From assembly GCA_016793045.1 (NCBI GenBank), contig JAEUKZ010000028.1, positions 484 to 64,483 of the forward strand: a DNA stretch of 64,000 nt. Direction: 5' to 3'. The position numbers and the translations under genes were made by a program. The notes below the pieces were generated by a model. The model was not told where the DNA came from. It saw only the letters and a list, made by a program, of their open reading frames with translations, and ran no database searches. This DNA is from Alphaproteobacteria bacterium (GTDB taxonomy: Bacteria > Pseudomonadota > Alphaproteobacteria > CACIAM-22H2). Below are positions 40,257-48,109 of this stretch, one piece after another. Positions within the stretch are counted from its first letter, which is position 1. The number at the start of each line of letters is the position of its first letter.

Positions 40257-41249
40257 ATGATCACCTTCGCCATGTTCGGGGCTGGCCGGATCGGCAAGAT
40301 CCACGCCGCCAACATCGCCGGCGCCGAAGGCGCGCGGCTCGCCTATATCGTCGATGTCGACCGCGCGGCGATGGACCATATCGCCAAGCTGACCGGTGCC
40401 AGGCCCGCGACCCGCGAGGAAGTCCTCGCCGACCGATCGGTCGACGCCGTCGTCATCGCCTCGCCGACCGACACCCACGCGGAGCTCTGCGTCGCCGCCG
40501 CCAAGGCCGGCAAGGCGATCTTCTGCGAAAAGCCGATCGACCTGTCGCTGAAGCGCGTCGATGCCTGCCTCGCCGCCGTGCGCCGCGCCGGCGTTCCGAT
40601 GATGGTCGGCTTCAACCGCCGCTTCGATCCCAACTTCGCCGCGCTGAAGTCACGCATGGACAAGGGCGAGATCGGCACGCTCGAGCAGGTCATCATCACC
40701 AGCCGCGACCCGGGCCTGCCGCCGATCACGTACCTGAAGGCATCCGGCGGCCAGTTCCGCGACATGACGATCCACGACTTCGATACGGCGCGCTGGCTGC
40801 TTGGGGAAGACCCGGCGGAAGTCTATGCGACGGGAAGCTGCCTCGTCGATCCGGGCCTCGCCAAGATCGGCGACATCGATTCCTGCATGGTCGTGATGCG
40901 GACCGCCTCAGGCAAGCTCGCGCACATCAACAACAGCCGCCGCGCGACGTATGGCTACGACCAGCGGGTCGAGGCCTTCGGCTCGAAGGGCCGGATGATC
41001 GCAGGCAACGTCGCCCCGACGACCGTCGAACTGGCGAACGGCGATACGGTGAGTGCCGACAAGCCGCTGCACTTCTTCCTCGAACGCTATGCCCAGGCCT
41101 ATCGGATCGAACTTGCGGCGTTCCTGAACGCGCTCGCGAAAAAGCGGCCGATGCCGGTCGGCGCCGCCGATGGTCGCGCCGCGCTGGTGCTCGCGGAAGC
41201 GGCCCTCGCGTCGCTCAAGTCGGGCCGCGCTGTGAAGCCGAAGTTCTGA
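40257..41249 (+). CDS. iolG: myo-inositol 2-dehydrogenase (Gfo/Idh/MocA family; IdhA/IolG-like)
   Basis: GAGRIGKxHA Rossmann motif, FCEKP, NRRFDP, ITSRDP and RDMTIHDFD motifs closely matching rhizobial IdhA from memory. Confidence 0.85.
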   Translation: MITFAMFGAGRIGKIHAANIAGAEGARLAYIVDVDRAAMDHIAKLTGARPATREEVLADRSVDAVVIASPTDTHAELCVAAAKAGKAIFCEKPIDLSLKRVDACLAAVRRAGVPMMVGFNRRFDPNFAALKSRMDKGEIGTLEQVIITSRDPGLPPITYLKASGGQFRDMTIHDFDTARWLLGEDPAEVYATGSCLVDPGLAKIGDIDSCMVVMRTASGKLAHINNSRRATYGYDQRVEAFGSKGRMIAGNVAPTTVELANGDTVSADKPLHFFLERYAQAYRIELAAFLNALAKKRPMPVGAADGRAALVLAEAALASLKSGRAVKPKF

Positions 41250-41260
41250 GGGAGCATTCC

Positions 41261-42037
41261 ATGTCCCAACGTCTCGATGGCCGAATCATCCTGATCACCG
41301 GCGGCACCCAGGGCGTCGGCGAAGCGACCGCGCGCATCTGCGCCCAGGCCGGCGCCGCCGGCCTCTGCATCACCGGGCGCGACGCCCGGCGCGGCGAGGC
41401 GGTCGCGGCCGAGCTGTCGAAGACCACGCCGACGATCTTCGTGCAGGCCCTGCTCGAAGACGCGGATCAGGTCCGCGGCATTGCCGCGGCGACGGAGAAG
41501 CGGTTCGGATACTTCGACGGGCTGGTCAATGCCGCCGGCCTCACCGATCGCGGAACGATCGAGGACACGCCGGTCGAGCTGTGGGACCGGCTGATGGACG
41601 TCAACGTCCGCGCGCCGTTCATCCTGACGCAGGAGATGGCGCGCCGGCTGGAGGCCAAGAAAAAGCCTGGCGCGATCGTGAACATCATCACGCGGTCGAG
41701 CCACGGCGGGCAGCCCTTCCTCACCGCCTATTCGACGTCCAAGGGCGCGCTGGCGACGCTGACCAAGAACACCGCGCACGGCCTGCGCAAGCACCGAATC
41801 CGCGTCAACGGCATCAATGTCGGCTGGATGGATACCCCCGGCGAACATGCCATCCAGATGCGCGAGGGCAAGCCCGCCAACTGGCTCGAGATCGCGGAAC
41901 GCACGCAGCCCTTCGGCCGCCTCGTGAAGGCCCAGGACATGGCGGTGCTGTCGCTCTATCTCCTCAGCGACGCGTCGATGCCGATGACTGGCGCGCTGAT
42001 CGACTACGACCAGAACGTCATGGGCGCCTACGACTGA
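41261..42037 (+). CDS. SDR-family oxidoreductase
   Basis: ITGGTQGVG and YSTSKGA motifs. Confidence 0.75.
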   Translation: MSQRLDGRIILITGGTQGVGEATARICAQAGAAGLCITGRDARRGEAVAAELSKTTPTIFVQALLEDADQVRGIAAATEKRFGYFDGLVNAAGLTDRGTIEDTPVELWDRLMDVNVRAPFILTQEMARRLEAKKKPGAIVNIITRSSHGGQPFLTAYSTSKGALATLTKNTAHGLRKHRIRVNGINVGWMDTPGEHAIQMREGKPANWLEIAERTQPFGRLVKAQDMAVLSLYLLSDASMPMTGALIDYDQNVMGAYD

Positions 42038-42039
42038 CC

Positions 42040-42552
42040 GTGTCGGACACAGGCCCGAAGGCGCTGCGGACCGCGCGGCTCGTTCTGCGGCCGCTCGCGG
42101 CGCGCGATGTCGATGCCCTTCACCCGATCCTGACGTCGACGTCGGTCCGCCGCTTCCTGTTCGACGGCGAGACGGTCAGCCGCGACTTCCTCGCTGCAGC
42201 CATCGACGCATCGATCCGCAACTTTGCCGACCGCGGGTGGGGCCTCTTCGGCATCACGCTCGAAGACGATGTGCCGCAGGGCCTGTGCGGGTTTCACATG
42301 GTCGGCACGCCGGCCGAGCGCCAACTCGTCTACGCACTGGCGCCGGCGATCTGGGGCCAGGGGCTTGGGGGCGAAGCGGTCGGCGCGGTGGTCAAGCACG
42401 CGCTCGACGTCTGCGGCATGAAGTCGATCGTCGCCGCCGTCGATGCCCCAAACACCGCATCGATCGCCATCCTGCGACGACTCGGCTTCGAGCCGGAAGT
42501 CCGTCTCGTCGAGCGTGGCCGCGACGTCATACGCCACGTCCTGCGCGGCTGA
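42040..42552 (+). CDS. GNAT-family N-acetyltransferase (RimJ/RimL-like)
   Basis: GTG start 3 nt after SDR stop; GNAT core (QGLGGEAVGAV). Confidence 0.65.
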   Translation: MSDTGPKALRTARLVLRPLAARDVDALHPILTSTSVRRFLFDGETVSRDFLAAAIDASIRNFADRGWGLFGITLEDDVPQGLCGFHMVGTPAERQLVYALAPAIWGQGLGGEAVGAVVKHALDVCGMKSIVAAVDAPNTASIAILRRLGFEPEVRLVERGRDVIRHVLRG

Positions 42553-42562
42553 GCCCCGGTGC

Positions 42563-42745
42563 TCAGCGCTTGTCGAGTTTGTGCGCCTCGTGTGCGCGCT
42601 TGGCCCGGCTTGCCTCTGCCTCGCGCTTTTCGCGTTCGGCCTTCGGTTGGCCGAAGCGCGCGCGATTGTCGGCTGCCTTGGCGGCGTCCTCCTCGCGCGC
42701 CTTGCGCTTGCGGACCAGGCGCAGATTGACGGTTTCGGCCATCAC
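42563..42745 (-). CDS. DUF4169-like highly charged mini-protein (60 aa)
   Basis: Lys/Arg/Glu-rich; ATGA overlap with upstream CoA-transferase gene. Confidence 0.45.
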   Translation of the reverse strand: MMAETVNLRLVRKRKAREEDAAKAADNRARFGQPKAEREKREAEASRAKRAHEAHKLDKR

Positions 42746-43968
42746 CCCTCCCCGCCGCCCTTGCGCCGCTTGGCGGCCAAGATCCCCTCTTCGGTCAGCG
42801 CGGCGATCTCGCTCGCCAAATAGCCGGCCTCTTCGAGCACCGCCGCGCCGTCTCGGTTGAAGCGCGGCGGCGTGCGGCGGACCGAGCCCGGCGTCCGGCT
42901 GAGCTTGATCGGGATGCCGGTGCCGCGATAGTCGCCGCTTTCGACGACCATCCGCCGGTGAACCGCATGCGGATCGGCGAGCACTTCCGGAATGTCCATG
43001 ACCGCGCCGGCGGGAACGCCGATGCGGATCAGCCGCTCCGCGAGCGCGCCGCCATCGTGGCCGGCGAGCAGCCCCTCCAGTTCGCCGCGCAGCGCGTCGC
43101 GATTGACCACCCGGTCGCCGTTGGTGAGGAAGCGCTTGTCCTTGGAGAGCGCCGGCGCGCCGAGTTCGGCGCAGAGCCGCTCGAATTGCCGATCATTGCC
43201 GACCGCGAGAAAGACCGAGCGCCCGCGGGTCTTGTAGCTGTCATAGGGCGAAATGTTCGGATGCGCGTTGCCGATGCGCTGCGGCGGCTTGCCCGACATC
43301 AGGTAGTTCGCGGCCTGCGGATGGAGCAGCGAGATGGCGCAATCGTACAGGCTGCAGTCGACCGCCTGGCCCTTGCCGGTGCGCGCACGCTCGAACAGCG
43401 CCATCAGGATGCCGATCGCGGCGTTGAGGCCGGTGCCGAGATCCACGATCGGCGTGCCCATCCGCACCGGCCCCGATTCCGGCGTGCCGTTGATGCTCAT
43501 CAGGCCCGACACCGCCTGCACCGCGGCGTCGTAGCCCGGCAGGCCGCCACGCGGGCCGTCCGGCCCGAAGCCGGTGATGTGGCAATAGACCAGGCGCGGG
43601 AACTTCTTCGCCAGCGTGTCGGCGTAACCGATGCCCCATTTCTCCAGGGTGCCGGGCTTGAAGTTGTGGATGAGTACGTCTGCGCCTTCGAGCAGGCGCA
43701 TCAGCACCTCGCGCCCTGCCGGCTTGGCGAGGTCGAGGGCCACTCCCCGCTTGTTCCGGTTGACGCCGACGAAATACGACGCGGCGTCATCGCGGAACGG
43801 CGGGCCCCAGTCGCGCACCTCGTCGCCCTGCGGCGGCTCGATCTTGATCACGTCAGCGCCGTGGTCGCCCAGGATCTGCGTGCAGTACGGACCGCCCAGG
43901 ACGCGGGTCAGGTCGATCACCTTCACGCCGGCCAGCGCACCCTGCGCAGGCTGTGTCTCAGCCGCCAT
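42742..43968 (-). CDS. Family III CoA-transferase (CaiB/BaiF family)
   Basis: N-terminal GVKVIDLTRVLGGPYCTQILGDHGADVIKIE and conserved Asp region. Confidence 0.8.
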   Translation of the reverse strand: MAAETQPAQGALAGVKVIDLTRVLGGPYCTQILGDHGADVIKIEPPQGDEVRDWGPPFRDDAASYFVGVNRNKRGVALDLAKPAGREVLMRLLEGADVLIHNFKPGTLEKWGIGYADTLAKKFPRLVYCHITGFGPDGPRGGLPGYDAAVQAVSGLMSINGTPESGPVRMGTPIVDLGTGLNAAIGILMALFERARTGKGQAVDCSLYDCAISLLHPQAANYLMSGKPPQRIGNAHPNISPYDSYKTRGRSVFLAVGNDRQFERLCAELGAPALSKDKRFLTNGDRVVNRDALRGELEGLLAGHDGGALAERLIRIGVPAGAVMDIPEVLADPHAVHRRMVVESGDYRGTGIPIKLSRTPGSVRRTPPRFNRDGAAVLEEAGYLASEIAALTEEGILAAKRRKGGGEG

Positions 43969-43982
43969 TGCTCCTCCGAATG

Positions 43983-44705
43983 TCAGGCTGCGGCCGCCCA
44001 GGCAGCCGCAAAACGTGGATAGGTTTCGGCAATCTCGTCGCGCACCCGACCGGCGAGCAAGGCCCTTTCGGCCTCATCCGGTCCCGGCGTCTGCGGCACG
44101 TCGCCTGCGACGTCATAGTCGAACCCGGTCTGCGCACGCACGCTCGCCGCGTCCTCACCGGGATGCGTGCTCGCAAGGCGGAAGCGGCCCGCGGAGAATT
44201 CGAACACGCAACGGCCGGTCACCAGCGCGACCGGCCCGCCCCTGCGATAGATGCGGGGAGCGCTTGTTCCGGGCGCCGAGATGAAGTCCACCTTGGGAAC
44301 GAGGACGCGCGGGCTGTGTTCCTCGCGGAAGAGGATCACGCGCGGGATCAGGAAATAAAGATAGGCCGAGCCGAACGAGCCGGGGAAACGATGCGTCAAC
44401 GACGGATAGTCGCCGAGCCCGACGAGATTGATGTTCGCAGCTCCATCGATCTGGCCGCCGCCGAGGAAGAAGGCGTCGATGCGACCCTGCGCCGCACAAT
44501 CGAACAGTTCGCGCCCCCCGTCGGTGAAGCTGTTGTGCTTGATGCTGCCGAGCATCAGCACGCGCGTAGCGCCGCCGGACCTGGCGCGCGTCAGCAGCGC
44601 CGCGGCGCCCGGGATCGGCGACGACGCTCCAACGGCGATGGTGCGCGCACCGTCCAGCAGGCGTGACAGGGTGACGACGAGCAGCTCGGTGCGGGCGCGG
44701 TCCAT
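43983..44705 (-). CDS. CoA-transferase subunit B-like (family I, 3-oxoacid/glutaconate type)
   Basis: C-terminal 240 aa of ORF 43983-45119; start ATG overlaps subunit A stop (TGATG). Confidence 0.65.
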   Translation of the reverse strand: MDRARTELLVVTLSRLLDGARTIAVGASSPIPGAAALLTRARSGGATRVLMLGSIKHNSFTDGGRELFDCAAQGRIDAFFLGGGQIDGAANINLVGLGDYPSLTHRFPGSFGSAYLYFLIPRVILFREEHSPRVLVPKVDFISAPGTSAPRIYRRGGPVALVTGRCVFEFSAGRFRLASTHPGEDAASVRAQTGFDYDVAGDVPQTPGPDEAERALLAGRVRDEIAETYPRFAAAWAAAA

Positions 44706-45526
44706 CACGCCGCCGCCTTCGCGGCGAGAAACCCATCGAGCCATTTGCGGAAGCCCGCCTCGGTTCGCGCCGCCGCGGCGTATGCCGCGATCGCTGCCTC
44801 GTCGGCCGGATAGATGTCCAGCAGTCCGATCGGCCACGCGCCGCGCGGCGCCACGGCAATGCGCTCGACATAGAGCGCCGGCACGACACCGGCAGCAGTG
44901 GCTTCGTCGGCGAGTAGCGAACCGTCGACGATCTCTTCCACGGTCACGATGCTCGCCTTGGCCGCGTGAGCCATGGTGACGAGCTCGCGCCTTCGCCCGA
45001 TCCAGATGTTGCCGTCTTTGTCCGCCTTGGCGGCGTGGAACAGCGCGACGTCGGGCCGGATCGCCGGCAGCGTGACGATCGGGTCCCCCGCCGCAAATGG
45101 ATTGTCGATGACGCGCCAATCCGTGCGGTTGGCAAGAATGTCGCTGCCGATCAGCCCGCGCAGCGGCATGAAGGGAATGCCCTTTTCCGCCGCCTGCAGC
45201 GCCGCATGGATCGCAGGACAGGTCGTGTCGCGCATCCGCAGCGTCCGTCCGACGATCGCGGCGTTGAACCGCGGCGCCGGTCCGGCCTCGCCGAGCGTCA
45301 CCGCTGCAGCCTCGAGCTCGGCCACGCAGCCCGCACCGACCAGGATGTCGGCCTGCATTCCGCTGGTCGGCACGGCGACAAGCCGCAAGTCGCGGATGCC
45401 ACGTCTGGCGATCGCCCGTGTCGCTGCAATCGACACGCCGCTGTAGTCAGGCGGGATCGCGACCAGCATTCCCGGCCGGATCGCAGCCACGAGGTCTTCG
45501 ATGGTCGTCAGCATCGGCCCGATCAT
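44705..45526 (-). CDS. CoA-transferase subunit A-like (family I)
   Basis: Internal ATG chosen (alternative start 45514); glutaconate/3-oxoadipate CoA-transferase A-like. Confidence 0.65.
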   Translation of the reverse strand: MIGPMLTTIEDLVAAIRPGMLVAIPPDYSGVSIAATRAIARRGIRDLRLVAVPTSGMQADILVGAGCVAELEAAAVTLGEAGPAPRFNAAIVGRTLRMRDTTCPAIHAALQAAEKGIPFMPLRGLIGSDILANRTDWRVIDNPFAAGDPIVTLPAIRPDVALFHAAKADKDGNIWIGRRRELVTMAHAAKASIVTVEEIVDGSLLADEATAAGVVPALYVERIAVAPRGAWPIGLLDIYPADEAAIAAYAAAARTEAGFRKWLDGFLAAKAAA

Positions 45527-45566
45527 ACGCAGCCCAGCGAGTGCGGCAAAGCGCCCTGCGCGCGGG

Positions 45567-47138
45567 TCAGGCTTCCCAGACCGTGCGGCTCTGCTCGCGC
45601 ATGAACTGCGGGACATAGAATGGCCCGAGCCCACCCTTGTTGGTCACGCCCGATCCCTTCCACCCGCAGAAGCTCTGGATGCCCGGCCAGGCGCCGGTCG
45701 TCGCGCCGGAGCGCCGGTTGGCGTAGAGCACGCCGGCCTCCGCGGTCGCAAGGAAGCGATCGATTTCAGCCGGGTCGCGGCTGAACAGACCGGCTGTGAG
45801 GCCATAACCGACGGCGTTGCCGTGCGCGATCCCTTCCGCAAGATTGTTGCACGCGACGACCGAGAGGAAGGGCAGGAAGAGTTCTTCGCGGTTGAGACGG
45901 TGATCGGACGGCAATCCCGTGACCACGGTGGGTTCGGCATACCAGCCGTGCGCGTAGATGCCGCCGCGCAGCCGCGTGCCGCCGCGCACGACCTGTCCGT
46001 CATGGTCAGCGCGCGCGACGGCCTCGAGGAAGCGTTCTCCGGCATCGGCGCCGATCAGCGGCCCCATGTAGACCTCGCGCTGCTCCGGCGTCCCGATGAC
46101 GATGCGCGACGTCTTTTCGGCGAGTACATCGACGAATGTCTGCAGCACCGATGCCTCGACATAGGCGACCGAGCATGCACTGCATTTCTGCCCCTGAAGC
46201 CCGAAGGCCGAGCGCATCACGCCCTCCGCGGCGACGTCGAGATCGGCCGCCGCGGTGACATAGGTCGGATTCTTGCCGCCCATCTCGACGATGACCGGAC
46301 GCGCAAACGGCCCCGCGGCGACCTTGCGGTAGATCTCCATGCCGACGGCATGACTGCCCGTGAAGGCGATGCCGTCGACGCCGGGATGATCGGCGAGGTG
46401 GCGCCCGGCACCTTCGCCGCACAGCAGGCTGACCAGTCCGTGCGGCAGCCCGGCTTCCTCGCAGATTGCCACCAGCATCGCGCCGGTGAGGCAGGCCTTC
46501 GCGCTCGGCTTGTAGACGACCGCATTGCCGCCGACCAGCGCCCCCGTCATCATCCCGACCGACAGCGCCAGCGGAAAGTTGAACGGCGCGATCACTCCGA
46601 AGACACCGACCGGCCGCAGCACGACCTGGGTCGCCTCGTTGGGAAAGGCGCGCGCCATGGCGCGGGCATAGCCCTCATTGCGCTCCATTTCGTCGCAATA
46701 GTAGGTGATCAGGTCGATCGCCTCTTCGGCTTCGCCCATCGATTCGAGCCGCGACTTGCCGACCTCGTAGAGGCACGCCATGCCGAACTCGAAGCGACGC
46801 GCGCGCAGAACCTCGGCCAGGCGCCGCAGGGTCGCCACGCGCTCGCGCCAGTGCAGCGCGGCCCATGCGGGCTGTGCGGCCTTGGCCGCGCGCACCGCGC
46901 GATCGACCGCGCCCGGCGACGCCGCCACGAACTCGCCGATGACGATGCGATCGTCGATCGGGCTGACGGTCGAGAACCGCACGCCGTCATCGTCCACCTG
47001 ATCGCCAATGATATTCGGCCAGAACCGACCAAACGCCGCGCGGAAGCCGGGCAGCGCCGTATCGAGATAGTCGTGCAGCGGCGCGAAATCTGCGGTGACG
47101 TTCGAATAGGTGACGCGCGGCAGGGCAGCGACGGACAT
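45567..47138 (-). CDS. Aldehyde dehydrogenase, 1-pyrroline-5-carboxylate dehydrogenase (RocA)-like subfamily
   Basis: EMGGKNP, GQKCSA catalytic Cys motif and C-terminal region co-linear with RocA-type P5CDH (from memory); GAGGG RBS. Confidence 0.8.
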   Translation of the reverse strand: MSVAALPRVTYSNVTADFAPLHDYLDTALPGFRAAFGRFWPNIIGDQVDDDGVRFSTVSPIDDRIVIGEFVAASPGAVDRAVRAAKAAQPAWAALHWRERVATLRRLAEVLRARRFEFGMACLYEVGKSRLESMGEAEEAIDLITYYCDEMERNEGYARAMARAFPNEATQVVLRPVGVFGVIAPFNFPLALSVGMMTGALVGGNAVVYKPSAKACLTGAMLVAICEEAGLPHGLVSLLCGEGAGRHLADHPGVDGIAFTGSHAVGMEIYRKVAAGPFARPVIVEMGGKNPTYVTAAADLDVAAEGVMRSAFGLQGQKCSACSVAYVEASVLQTFVDVLAEKTSRIVIGTPEQREVYMGPLIGADAGERFLEAVARADHDGQVVRGGTRLRGGIYAHGWYAEPTVVTGLPSDHRLNREELFLPFLSVVACNNLAEGIAHGNAVGYGLTAGLFSRDPAEIDRFLATAEAGVLYANRRSGATTGAWPGIQSFCGWKGSGVTNKGGLGPFYVPQFMREQSRTVWEA

Positions 47139-47198
47139 TCAACCCTCATTCACTCTGCGATTCGCCGGGATTCTACCACTTTGGCCCCGCCGGCGGGC

Positions 47199-47924
47199 TC
47201 AGAACAGGCTGCCCTGGCGGACGTCGCGCGGACGCTTCGCCGGCTTTGCGGCAGGCTCGTCGTTCGCCGGCGGCGCAAGGCAGCCGGGATCGTCGTGCCG
47301 CACGTCGTTGACATAGGCCGAAACCGGCGTGACCGCGAACCAGTCTCCCGGCGGCGCCTGGATCAGCGGCATGGGATCGACGCTCGCATCGAGCCAGGCG
47401 TCGTAATCCGCGGGCGCAAGCACGATCGGCACCCGGTCGTGATAGTCCGTCATCATGCCGGTCGCCGCCGTGTTGACGATGGTGAATGTTTCGACGATCT
47501 CGCGCTCTGGCGACTGCCATCGCTCCCACAGACCGGCGAAGGCGAAGGGCCGACCATCGCGCATGCGGAAAAGGAACGGATGCTTCGGCGGATTCTGGCC
47601 GACCGTCTGCCATTCATAGAAGCCGTCGGCCGGCACGAGACAGCGCCGCGCACGGAAGGCGGCGCGGTAGGCGGGCTTCTCTGCCACGCTCTCGCCGCGC
47701 GCGTTGATCATGCGGCTCCCCACCGACAGGTCCTTGGCCCAGGACGGCACCAACCCCCATCGCAGCAGATCGATCGCGCGCGCACCCGCGGCGCGACGGA
47801 TCACCGGCACGCGTTGCGTCGGCGCCACGTTGTAGCGCGGCGGTAGGTTCGGCGCCGGGTTCCTGAACCCGAACACCGCACGCAGCCCCTCAACCGGGGT
47901 CGTAATCAGGTAGCGACCGCACAT
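47199..47924 (-). CDS. SOS-response-associated peptidase (SRAP/YedK), abasic-site processing protein
   Basis: N-terminal MCGR with catalytic Cys2, conserved SRAP core. Confidence 0.8.
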   Translation of the reverse strand: MCGRYLITTPVEGLRAVFGFRNPAPNLPPRYNVAPTQRVPVIRRAAGARAIDLLRWGLVPSWAKDLSVGSRMINARGESVAEKPAYRAAFRARRCLVPADGFYEWQTVGQNPPKHPFLFRMRDGRPFAFAGLWERWQSPEREIVETFTIVNTAATGMMTDYHDRVPIVLAPADYDAWLDASVDPMPLIQAPPGDWFAVTPVSAYVNDVRHDDPGCLAPPANDEPAAKPAKRPRDVRQGSLF

Positions 47925-48109
47925 GCGCCGGACCCTGTCCTTCCTTTGTCGCTTGGCCGTGCGTGGTTTGCGCGATATTCCTTCGTTCGTCCAGTGCGTC
48001 GGCGCGCGGGGCCACGTCATTCGAAGGCACTAAGACCACCGCTTGAAATCCGTCCGCCGGCCATACTTAATGGTCGCCAATGTCCGCAGCACCCCAGGGG
48101 AGTCACGCG

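Noticed and set aside
42040-42552. GNAT toxin / RHH antitoxin (TacT/KacT-like) module for either GNAT gene, and RHH_4 protein as antitoxin
   Set aside because: No small RHH or antitoxin gene is adjacent to either GNAT; the RHH_4/PAS protein is 18 kb away next to dinB.
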